A stretch of DNA of 64,000 nt from an uncultured Nitrososphaerota archaeon. Lineage in GTDB: Archaea; Korarchaeota; Korarchaeia; Korarchaeales; Korarchaeaceae. The stretch's first letter is position 1. Each line of letters begins with the position of its first letter. A program made the position numbers and the translations under genes. This document shows positions 1 to 8,563 of the stretch, piece after piece. The notes beneath the pieces are model-generated. The model was not told the DNA's origin, did not search any database, and worked only from the letters and a program-made list of their open reading frames with translations. The stretch lies in contig CAZQNA010000006.1 in NCBI GenBank assembly GCA_964594835.1, positions 82,205 through 146,204 on the forward strand. Reading direction: 5' to 3'.

Positions 1-1809
1 GGACCCCTCCACCAGGAGGGTGACCGTCAGCACGTGAGTCCCCCTCTCCAATCTGAGCTCCGCTTCGAAAGGCACAGCCTCGCCCGTCAGGGTGACGGGA
101 ATCGAGGTCAGGATCTCTCCACGTTCCGACACCCGCAGCTCGGCCTCGACGGTGAGGTCGGGGGCGGGGGGAGGGTTGAGCCTCACCTCCCCCCTCAGGG
201 CCAGCTCCCCGGGCTGGGTGGACGAGTTGACTTCGAGGGAGGCTGAGTAGACCCAGACCCTGGCCTCGGCGACGGCGAGCGTATCGCCGTCGTACACGAG
301 CTCCACCGACAGCTCGTGAACGCCGGGCTCGAGTTCGAGCTGAACGTCCCTCTCGGCGTCGCCCGAGCTTATGTTCCAAGGCTCCTCCAGCAGGGCTCGA
401 CCCGCCTCGGACACCACGAGCTCGGCGGGGAGCGGCCACCTGGGGTCCGGGGCCGGGGTGAGCTCAGCCCTTACCCTCAGCCCGCCCGATCCAAGGCTGA
501 GAACGGAGAGAGAGGCACTCTTTGGCGGATGGGGCAGGACCTCGACCTCCACGACCTGGGACGCCACCTCCTCGCCGCCCACTGTGGCCCTCAGGGTTAG
601 GACGTGGTGCCCCGGGGCGAGGGGGGTCCCGAGGGGTATGTTGAGGGCTCCACCCGAGCCCGACACGGTCGCCTCGGCGGCCGCGACCTCAACTCCCCCC
701 TCCAGCAGGCTGACCCTCACCGCCACCTGCTCCTGAAGGCTGGGGCTCACCGAGAGGTCCACGGTGACGTTGTCTCCGTACCTGGACACCTCGACCCCGG
801 AGATCGAGATGGTAGGGCTCACCTTGACGAGGACGCTAACGCTCCAGGTGCCGACGGCCAGGGCCGAGGAGTCGGGGCTCCAGGCCAGCGACTCAACCGG
901 TTCGCCAAAGGTCTTCGACAGGACCTCCGTCCCGGTGGGCGTCACGACCAGGAGCTCCCCTCCGCGCCCACCCACGGCCAGCAGGGATCCGTCGGGGGCC
1001 CACTCCACATCCGAAACGGCCGATCCCACAGAGCCCGACCAGACCTCCTCTCCCGAGGGGGTGACTATCCTGACGACTCCGTCGCCCGATCCCGCGGCCA
1101 GCAGGTCGGTGGGCCCCCAGTCCAGGTCCTCAATGCCGGTCGAGGCCAGCCTCAGCAGGAGCACGTCCTCCTCCCTGATTACGGCCACCGTCCCGTCGGC
1201 CGACCCGGCGGCGAGGAGCCCGCCCTCGGACGCGGACAGACATGTGACCGTGGAGTCGAGCCCCGCGATCCTGCTGACGTTCTCCCCGAGCAGGAGGACC
1301 TCGTCCCCGACGGACGCGACCGACCGGTTACCCATCAGGGCCACGTGCGAGACGGTCCCGTTGAGCTCGAACCTCCTCAAGAGGCCGCCCGACGAGTTGA
1401 GGACGACCACCTCTGGACCGGCGGCCGCCGCCACGGTGTCCGGCCTAGAGGCCAGCTCCGAGACCGGCGCCGGCAGCTGAAGGGACCAGGCCCAATCTCC
1501 GGAGCGCGTGTACGCCCTGACGAGACCGGAAGAGGTCGATGCCACTATCAGGGAGCCTACCCAGGTGACTGAGGTCACCGTGCTCCCGAGTCCCCTTGCC
1601 CAGAGCCCGGACCCGAACTCGCTGAACAGGAAGAGGGATCCCGTGCCGGTCCCGGCGGCCAGTTCCCCGCCGTCGGGGCTCCACGCCAGCGCCTCCACCG
1701 AACCCCAGGCGCTCTTGCTCCAGGACTCCTCCAGCGTCACCGGACCCGCCGAGAGCTGAGCGGGCGCGATCAGCAGCAGCGTCAGGATCGCGGCGGCCGC
1801 CCTCCCCAT
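1..1809 (-). CDS. Secreted WD40/PQQ-like beta-propeller protein with C-terminal Ig-like domains (runs off window start)
   Basis: Not in the ORF track because it is truncated. Read manually from ATG at 1809: signal peptide MGRAAAILTLLLIAPAQLSA, repeated blades (VEALAWSPDGGELAAG, VSDVEWAPDGSLLAVGG, VESLAWSPDSSALAVG), then beta-rich Ig-like segments (PGHHVLTLRA, PGVHELSVEL). No stop before position 1. Confidence 0.8.
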   Translation of the reverse strand, partial: MGRAAAAILTLLLIAPAQLSAGPVTLEESWSKSAWGSVEALAWSPDGGELAAGTGTGSLFLFSEFGSGLWARGLGSTVTSVTWVGSLIVASTSSGLVRAYTRSGDWAWSLQLPAPVSELASRPDTVAAAAGPEVVVLNSSGGLLRRFELNGTVSHVALMGNRSVASVGDEVLLLGENVSRIAGLDSTVTCLSASEGGLLAAGSADGTVAVIREEDVLLLRLASTGIEDLDWGPTDLLAAGSGDGVVRIVTPSGEEVWSGSVGSAVSDVEWAPDGSLLAVGGRGGELLVVTPTGTEVLSKTFGEPVESLAWSPDSSALAVGTWSVSVLVKVSPTISISGVEVSRYGDNVTVDLSVSPSLQEQVAVRVSLLEGGVEVAAAEATVSGSGGALNIPLGTPLAPGHHVLTLRATVGGEEVASQVVEVEVLPHPPKSASLSVLSLGSGGLRVRAELTPAPDPRWPLPAELVVSEAGRALLEEPWNISSGDAERDVQLELEPGVHELSVELVYDGDTLAVAEARVWVYSASLEVNSSTQPGELALRGEVRLNPPPAPDLTVEAELRVSERGEILTSIPVTLTGEAVPFEAELRLERGTHVLTVTLLVEGS

Positions 1810-1875
1810 CGAGCAACCCGGATCTCCCTCATGTTAAGGGTTATCCGGCGCCGGCCTTCGGACCAGGGTCAGGTG

Positions 1876-2307
1876 TCAGGCGTCCGGGCTGTCCGCCTTC
1901 CTCACGTAGACTATGTCCCCCGCGACCTGATACCCGAGCTTCTTGAAGAGGTTCAGGGAGGGTTGGTTCCACCCCTCGATCAGGGCCGAGATCACCCGCG
2001 CCCCCCTCTCGTGGAGGACTCTCTCAGCCTCCCGAACGAGCGCCGAGGCGATTCCCCTCCTCCTGTAGTCCGGGTGGACCGCCAGCCGGTTTATCCACCC
2101 CTTTCGACCGTCGAAGGTGGCTATCACAGCCCCTATCAGCCTTCCCCCGTCGTAGGCGCCGATGAAGCCCCAGGGGAACTCCTCCATCTGCCTCCTCAGG
2201 CTCTCCGGGCTGTCCCTTCCCCTCGGCTTGTGCGGCAGGCCGGCCTCCCTCCAGAGCATCAGGAGATCATCGACCTCCTCCCGCGTGATCCTCCGGAACT
2301 CGACCAC
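1876..2307 (-). CDS. GNAT-family N-acetyltransferase
   Basis: Motif A (LAVHPDYRRRGIASAL) and motif B (NQPSLNLFKKLGY). Confidence 0.9.
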   Translation of the reverse strand: MVEFRRITREEVDDLLMLWREAGLPHKPRGRDSPESLRRQMEEFPWGFIGAYDGGRLIGAVIATFDGRKGWINRLAVHPDYRRRGIASALVREAERVLHERGARVISALIEGWNQPSLNLFKKLGYQVAGDIVYVRKADSPDA

Positions 2308-2517
2308 GGGTCATCCCCCTTCCTGCAAGTGGGTTAATTCTTTTCCCGCCGGCCCTGGTGGTGGCGAGAGGGTAGCCTGGTCTGTTGGGCCGACCTGGGC
2401 CTCCTTGAACGCGTTCGCCGCGTGTACTGGAGGTCGCCCCTCACCCCCTGCCCCCCTGCGTCGCGCCAGGGGTGCGTCTGTGACCGCCTATCTCCACCGG
2501 AGTTCACATGCGTAATA

Positions 2518-2544
2518 TTAGCCCTACGGAGCTCCGTTGGCTAA
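2518..2544. promoter_or_regulatory. Inverted repeat, candidate metalloregulator operator upstream of the P1B ATPase
   Basis: TTAGCC-ct-ACGGAGCTCCGT-t-GGCTAA: a perfect 12-bp core palindrome plus 6-bp arms, about 75 bp upstream of ATG 2620. Confidence 0.45.
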
Positions 2545-2619
2545 ATTGGGCGTTATAGAAGGAGTTTTTCGCGAGTCACCGCTTATTTCCCGATCCCCAC
2601 AGGCTGACTGGGAGAGGTC

Positions 2620-4476
2620 ATGAGCGATCGGGAGGGGGGCCGAGAGAGAGGTCACGATGGCTGGGAGAAGCCGATCTGGCTGGCGATATCAGCAATGGCC
2701 TTTGGCTCGGCCGCCCTGCACTGGGCGGGGGTGGAGGGCCTCGAGACTTACACTCTGCCCCTGGTCATCGCAGTCATCGGTCTCCACACCCTGTACGAGG
2801 TGACCTCGAGGCGGGAGCTGGAGATGGAGCACGGGGTGGCCGCCCTTATGATGCTCGTCGGTGTGATCACCCACCAACTGGGACTGCACGTTGAGGGAGA
2901 ACTCGTTCTTGGCCTCTACGGAACGGCGGAGCTGCTGGAGCACTACGCCGTGGAGAGGGCGGAGTCGGGGATGAGGTTCCTGATCGAGCTGATGCCCCGC
3001 TCCGCCAAGGTCGTGAGGGAGGGGGAGGTCAGGGAGGTAGATCCCTCCGAGATCCGACCGGGGGACGCTATCCTCGTCGCGCGAGGTGAGAGGATACCAG
3101 TCGACGGGCTGGTGGTCGAGGGCAGGGGAAGCGTGGATCAGTCCCTGGTGACGGGGGAGCCCCTCCCCGTTGAGGCCTCGGAGGGGAGCTACGTTTACGC
3201 CGGGTCCCTGGTCGCGGACGGGTCTCTGGTCGTGAAGGCCCTGAGAGCGGGTGGAGATACCCTGCTCTCTAAAATGCTCACCCTAGTGAGCAGGTTCCGC
3301 CGGGAGAAGTCGTCGAGCGAGAGGCTCGTTCACCGCTTCTCTCGGGCGTACCTCCCAGCGATGCTCGCGCTGGCCCTCCTCTCGACGGCCTTCCTCGGGC
3401 TGGAGCGGTCGATAGTGCTCATAGCCGTGGCCTGCCCTAGCGCCTTCCTGGTGGCCGTCCTGGCGACGATGCTCACCTCTCTTGCGGCCTCGGCCAGGAG
3501 GGGAGTCCTCTTCAAGGGAACACCCCCGATGGAGCGGGCGGCCGATGTGAGGGTCGTCGCGCTGGACAAGACGGGCACCCTCACGCTCGGCAGGCCCGTG
3601 GTCAGGCGGGTTGCCAGTCTCGGGGATCTGGCCGAGGATGAGGTCCTCAGGGTCGCGGCCTCCCTGGAGCTCGCGTCGGAGCACCCCCTCGCCAGGGCCA
3701 TCGTGGATGAGGCGAGGCGTCGGGGGATGAGGCTCTCGGTCCCGGGGTCGGTGAGGGAGTTCCCCGGGGCCGGAATCGAGGGCGTCGTCGACGGTCGTGC
3801 TGTGGCCGTTGGACGGCCGGGGTTCCTTAGGGGCAGGGGGATCGAGCCGCCCAGCGTCTCCTCAGGGGATATCGTGGTGCTGGTTGCGGTGGACGGCTCA
3901 GTCGCCGGCGCAATCGAGCTCGGCGACGAGGTTAACCCCGACTCGACGGAGGTGGTCAGGCGGCTCAGGTCGGATGGTCTACACGTGGTCGTGCTCACCG
4001 GCGACAGGAGGGAGAGCGCCGAGCCGATCGTTCGGTCGCTGGGCGTGAGCGAGTTCTACGCCGACCTCACCCCCGAGGACAAGTACAGGATCATTGAGGG
4101 GCTGCGGGAGAGGTACGGCCCAGTCGCCATGGTGGGCGACGGGATAAACGACGCGCCGGCCCTGGCCAGGGCTGACGTGGGGTTCGCTGTGGGGGGCATC
4201 GACGCGGCCATCGAGGCGGGCGACGTGATCCTGGTCTCCGGGCTCAAGAGGCTGTCCTGGGCACTTCAGATCTCCAAGATCACCGTCTCCAAGACCTGGC
4301 AGAACCTCGCGATCATCCTCGCCGCCAAGCTCGCCGCCGCCCTCCTGGGGTTGGCCGAGATCATGCCCCTCTGGGCCGCCGTGGCCATAGGAGACGACGG
4401 TGGACTCATCCTCACGTCGCTGAACGTGGTCACCGGCCTGAGGAGGGTGATGGCGACCGACGGCCCCCGCGGCTAG
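2620..4476 (+). CDS. Heavy-metal-translocating P1B-type ATPase (Zn/Cd-like), no N-terminal metal-binding domain
   Basis: TGE actuator, CPS in the metal-binding helix, DKTGT phosphorylation site, SEHPLA, GDGINDAP, K in TM7 and DDG in TM8. Confidence 0.93.
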   Translation: MSDREGGRERGHDGWEKPIWLAISAMAFGSAALHWAGVEGLETYTLPLVIAVIGLHTLYEVTSRRELEMEHGVAALMMLVGVITHQLGLHVEGELVLGLYGTAELLEHYAVERAESGMRFLIELMPRSAKVVREGEVREVDPSEIRPGDAILVARGERIPVDGLVVEGRGSVDQSLVTGEPLPVEASEGSYVYAGSLVADGSLVVKALRAGGDTLLSKMLTLVSRFRREKSSSERLVHRFSRAYLPAMLALALLSTAFLGLERSIVLIAVACPSAFLVAVLATMLTSLAASARRGVLFKGTPPMERAADVRVVALDKTGTLTLGRPVVRRVASLGDLAEDEVLRVAASLELASEHPLARAIVDEARRRGMRLSVPGSVREFPGAGIEGVVDGRAVAVGRPGFLRGRGIEPPSVSSGDIVVLVAVDGSVAGAIELGDEVNPDSTEVVRRLRSDGLHVVVLTGDRRESAEPIVRSLGVSEFYADLTPEDKYRIIEGLRERYGPVAMVGDGINDAPALARADVGFAVGGIDAAIEAGDVILVSGLKRLSWALQISKITVSKTWQNLAIILAAKLAAALLGLAEIMPLWAAVAIGDDGGLILTSLNVVTGLRRVMATDGPRG

Positions 4477-4580
4477 GGAAAGGGGGCGGACTCCCACGGA
4501 ATCGGGCGTCGGCCGTCAGGGCGAAGCGCTGGCTTCCCAGCCCGGTGCCATGCCACTCACTCGTCTGAGGGAGGTTGCGA

Positions 4581-6968
4581 CTAACTGGCCTCCAACAATC
4601 CCTCGAGCGCCGCTGCGACCTCCTCAGGCGAAGACGCGGTGTAGTAGCTCCCCCCGGTCAGGTGGGCCATCAGCGCAGACACCGCGGAGCCCACGGCGAA
4701 CGGGTCGTACCTCCTGGAGGCCATCGCCACGAATCGCCTGGCGTCGAACCGGCCGTCCTCGGAGAGGCTGAGCCTGTAGAGCTGGCCCGCCCCCTGGGGT
4801 GTTATCCTGTGGGCGGACGCCACGGGATCCGGGTTTATCACGGCGACCTTCAGCCCCTCTCTGGCCATCAGCTGGGCCGCGGCTGCGACGTCCTCGATCG
4901 CCTGATGCCTCTGCACGTTGCTGACCGCGTGCTCCCTCCTCCCCCTCCTCCCCGTGAGGGGGTTGACCGGCAGGGGCACGTTGGGGTATCCGTCGGTCAG
5001 GACGATCACGAGGGGATCGGAGTCCGGGTCCCTCAGCCTCTCCGCCCTGGCGAGGGCAAGCGCGAGCATCAGACCTGACGCCAGGGGCGTGAGCCCGGAG
5101 ACGCTGAGCCTGCCCAGGAGCCTCGCGACCTTCGCGACGTTCGTTGTCGGCGGGTGCACCACGAACGCGTCCATGTCCCTGAGGGCGACCACCCCTATCC
5201 TGTCCCTCCTCGAGCTGAGCTCCCTGTACAGCCGGGACAGCGCCCTGGCAAACTCAATCCTGACAAGCGTCATCGAGTCGCTCAGGTCCAGGACTATGAT
5301 CGCCGTCAGGGGGACGTTCCTCTCGTACAGCTTCTCCCTGACATCCTCCGGCCTTATTCTCACCCTCGGTACCTCCTCCGCGGGCGACGAGCCGGCTGCG
5401 ACCGCCGAAGCTATGCTGGCCGTCATGTGAATCGAGGCCGGCCTCCCCCTAGGGATCCTCCACCCCCTGACCCTGCCCCTCTTGACCTCCGGGTCCGTCT
5501 TGGTCCTCCCTCCCCTGGCCGACCTGCCGACCTCCTCCACCTCCAGTATGGGCAGGGCGATCCGCCCAACGGTGGGCACCACCTCAACGCTCTCCTCGGG
5601 GCCGAACCCCGTGACCACGGGACCGAGAAAGGGCCTCAGGAGCGCGCTGACCACGGCAGGCTCGGTGAGCTCGAACCTCGTTCTGGACAGCAGGTATCGG
5701 TAGAGGGCGAGCGCCAGGGCCGACCAGATCAGCAGGATCAGCCTCTGCGTGGGGCTCGCCCCGGGAAAGAGGGAGGCGAAGGCCAGGCTCAGGGCGGCCA
5801 GGAGGGCCAGGAAGAAGGGAACCGACACCGGCACCGCCGGAAGCCTGATCCTCCTCTCCCCCCTCCCCTTACGCCCCCGCTCATCCTCTCCCCTCAGCCT
5901 GGACCCTCTCACCTTTCCCGCCCTCACCTCGGCCCTGGTTGCCTCGGAGAGCGCCTCCTCGATCTCCGCCTCGGTCGCGGGCTCCAGCGTCCCGCCGGCC
6001 CTGGTCCTGTGGGAGAGGGCAAGCTTCGCGGCGAGCCTGACGTGTTCCCAGTCTACCTCCAGTCTACCTTCTAGGGCGGCCAGGGCCCGAGAGGTCTCGT
6101 AGATCGCTATGTCTGGCCTCACTCCGTCCACCCTCAGCCTGTGGCAGAGCTCGGCTATCCCCCTGATCACCTCCTCGGGAACCCTCACCTCCGGCAGGAT
6201 CTCCCTCGCCCTCCTGATCCTATCCCTGATCCTCTCCTGCTCCTCCCTGTACCTCTCGTAGAACCCGATGGGGTCGGCCCTGAACTCCGCGTTCCTCCTG
6301 ATGATCTCCTCCCTCTCCTCCGGTGAGTAGTGCCCCGGGACAGTGACGGAGAGGGCCAGCCTGTCCAGGAGCTGGGGCCTCAGCTCCCCCTCCTCCGGGT
6401 TCATGGAGCCTATCAGTATGAACTCGGACGGGTGCTCGACCGAGATGCCCTCCCTCTCCACCACGTTAATCCCCGAGGCGGCGACGTCGAGCAGGTCGTC
6501 CACCAGGAAGTCTGGGAGCAGGTTGATCTCGTCCACGTAGAGGATGTTCCTGTTGGCCTCCGCCAGCACGCCGGGCCTGAACCTGATCCTCCCCTCCCTC
6601 AGGGTGGCCTCCACGTCCAGGCTTCCCACTACCCTGTCCTCGGTGGCGCTCAGGGGGAGGGTGACGATCCTCATCCTCCTCTTGCGGGTTGGGAGGGGGT
6701 TCTCCCCCCGCTCCATCCGCTCTCTGCACTCCCAGCAGAGGTTGGGCGAGCGGGGGTCGCACCCGAACCTGCAGCCCTCCACGACCTCGACCTCCGGGAG
6801 GAGGTCCTCCAGCGCGCGAACGGCCGTGCTCTTCCCGCTGCCCTTGGGACCCCTGACGAGGAGCCCCCCGATCTTCGGATTGACGACGACCGCCAGGAGG
6901 GCGAGCTTCAGCTCGTCCAGCCCGACCAGAGCGGCGAAGGGATACCTGAGCCACCCCCTCCCGGACAA
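4581..6968 (-). CDS. Mg-chelatase ChlI/ChlD-like AAA+ ATPase fused to a vWA domain, with an internal transmembrane hairpin
   Basis: YPFAALVG, Walker A GPKGSGKS, LYVDEINLL, NPEEGELRPQLLDR; vWA MIDAS DLSDS, GLTPLASGL, LTDG. Two hydrophobic helices lie between the domains. Confidence 0.88.
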   Translation of the reverse strand: MSGRGWLRYPFAALVGLDELKLALLAVVVNPKIGGLLVRGPKGSGKSTAVRALEDLLPEVEVVEGCRFGCDPRSPNLCWECRERMERGENPLPTRKRRMRIVTLPLSATEDRVVGSLDVEATLREGRIRFRPGVLAEANRNILYVDEINLLPDFLVDDLLDVAASGINVVEREGISVEHPSEFILIGSMNPEEGELRPQLLDRLALSVTVPGHYSPEEREEIIRRNAEFRADPIGFYERYREEQERIRDRIRRAREILPEVRVPEEVIRGIAELCHRLRVDGVRPDIAIYETSRALAALEGRLEVDWEHVRLAAKLALSHRTRAGGTLEPATEAEIEEALSEATRAEVRAGKVRGSRLRGEDERGRKGRGERRIRLPAVPVSVPFFLALLAALSLAFASLFPGASPTQRLILLIWSALALALYRYLLSRTRFELTEPAVVSALLRPFLGPVVTGFGPEESVEVVPTVGRIALPILEVEEVGRSARGGRTKTDPEVKRGRVRGWRIPRGRPASIHMTASIASAVAAGSSPAEEVPRVRIRPEDVREKLYERNVPLTAIIVLDLSDSMTLVRIEFARALSRLYRELSSRRDRIGVVALRDMDAFVVHPPTTNVAKVARLLGRLSVSGLTPLASGLMLALALARAERLRDPDSDPLVIVLTDGYPNVPLPVNPLTGRRGRREHAVSNVQRHQAIEDVAAAAQLMAREGLKVAVINPDPVASAHRITPQGAGQLYRLSLSEDGRFDARRFVAMASRRYDPFAVGSAVSALMAHLTGGSYYTASSPEEVAAALEGLLEAS

Positions 6969-7034
6969 CGAGGGCCCCTCAGACTCAGCGGGCCGGCCCA
7001 GAATAAAACGCCGACCCTGGGCGCGGCAGGGGAA

Positions 7035-8498
7035 TCAGCTCCTGGGCGGCGGAGGAACCTCGATGGCGACGATCCTCTGGCCGTGGAACACCGGCCTTCC
7101 CGGGACCTGCGGGGCGGGAGACCCTCTGCAGACGACGAATATCTCCGCACCCTCCTCCGACTTCTCCGTCGCTCCTGCAGGAATCGCGGACAGCAGGTAC
7201 TCGACCCAGTAGGGCCCGAGCCCCCTGCAGAACACCCTGACGTCCGACCCGGGCGGGACGACTTGGCCCAGGGCGACCAGGTCCGCGTAGGTGACAGGGT
7301 CTATCCTCGGGTGGACTGCGGCCACGGATCCCGGGACCTGGAGGGCGAGAGGGAGCAGGAGGACCGCGGCGAGGATCGGCCTGAGGGCGCCTCTGGCCAG
7401 CTGCCCCACGGCGACTCCAACCATCAGGGAGGAGGGAACGCAGGACACGAGGAGGAACCTCCACGCCCACTCCCTGAGCCCGAGCACGCTGGGCATCAGC
7501 GTCAAGGCGCCGACCGCGAGGGCCGCCGAGACGGCGACCTCCCTGCCTGAGGCCCCCCAAGGATTGCCGTCCAGCTCCTTGCTTGAGAGAACCGCCAGTA
7601 GAACTCCCAAGGCAAGGTAGGCGATGAGGTACTCACTCCCAGGGATCATGAGGCCTGGAGGAGAGGGAGGCGGCTTCGGGGGAAGCGGCCCGCGGGGCGG
7701 CGCTCCGAGCGGGCCCTCACCCGCGGCGGAGCCGAGAAGATCCCTGAGGAAGGCGATTCCCTTACCCACGTCCGTGAAGAGCCACGGGAGGGACGCGGCC
7801 GCGGCCGCCGAGGCAGCCCACCCCGGCAGGACCGAGGCGGCCCACCTCAGGCCGATCCCTCCCCCACCGCGGGTCGGCCCGGGGCGGAGGGCCAGCGTCG
7901 CGAGGGGCAGGTACGCCAGCGAGAAGGCGACGGTGAGGGCGAAATCGAGGGAGTGCGTGAGGAAGGCCAGGAACGAGGACAGAGAGGACAGGAGGGCCGA
8001 CCTCAACCAGTTTCCTCCGCCTGCGAGCGCCGAGTGGAGCCAGTACACGGAGAGGGCAACGAAGAGAATCCCAGAGGCGTTCTTCATTAGGTCTCCAGCC
8101 ATCCTGAACATCTGGGGGGACAGGGAGAGGGACAGGGCGGCGGCGACGCCGGCGACCCTGCTGCCGGTGAGCCTCCTGACGAGCGCGTAGCTCGGGACGG
8201 CCGAGAGCCCGCACATCACAGCCACGGTGATAGACACGCCGAGCCTGATGTCTCCGACAGCCCTGCTTGCCGCCGCGGCCAGGTAAAACAGGAGGGGAGG
8301 GTCCCCGTAGACCATCCCCGAGCCCGAGAGGATCGACCTCACCTGTATCAGGTAATAGGGCCCGTCCACTCCGGGCATGAAGTCCCACGAGAGGAGCGCG
8401 GCCAGGTGGGAGGCCGCGGCCCCGGCCGACGCGGCAATGGAGATGAGAGCATCCCTCCTGTCCAGTCCGCCCTCTCGCACACGAGCTCGAGGGGACAC
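7035..8498 (-). CDS. Multi-pass membrane protein, GT-C (ArnT/PMT-like) glycosyltransferase-like
   Basis: GVDGPYY after TM1, DPPLLFYL and LTHSLD motifs, about 11 hydrophobic segments. Confidence 0.65.
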   Translation of the reverse strand: MSPRARVREGGLDRRDALISIAASAGAAASHLAALLSWDFMPGVDGPYYLIQVRSILSGSGMVYGDPPLLFYLAAAASRAVGDIRLGVSITVAVMCGLSAVPSYALVRRLTGSRVAGVAAALSLSLSPQMFRMAGDLMKNASGILFVALSVYWLHSALAGGGNWLRSALLSSLSSFLAFLTHSLDFALTVAFSLAYLPLATLALRPGPTRGGGGIGLRWAASVLPGWAASAAAAASLPWLFTDVGKGIAFLRDLLGSAAGEGPLGAPPRGPLPPKPPPSPPGLMIPGSEYLIAYLALGVLLAVLSSKELDGNPWGASGREVAVSAALAVGALTLMPSVLGLREWAWRFLLVSCVPSSLMVGVAVGQLARGALRPILAAVLLLPLALQVPGSVAAVHPRIDPVTYADLVALGQVVPPGSDVRVFCRGLGPYWVEYLLSAIPAGATEKSEEGAEIFVVCRGSPAPQVPGRPVFHGQRIVAIEVPPPPRS

Positions 8499-8563
8499 CC
8501 CGTATTAACGGCCGCGAACGAAGGGTCCACCGCGGCCCCAAGCACTCCCGCCCGGAACGGGCT

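Noticed and set aside
34-1759. Several plus-strand ORFs of 70-322 aa
   Set aside because: They are antisense shadows of the minus-strand WD40/Ig gene. High GC produces many such ORFs throughout the window.
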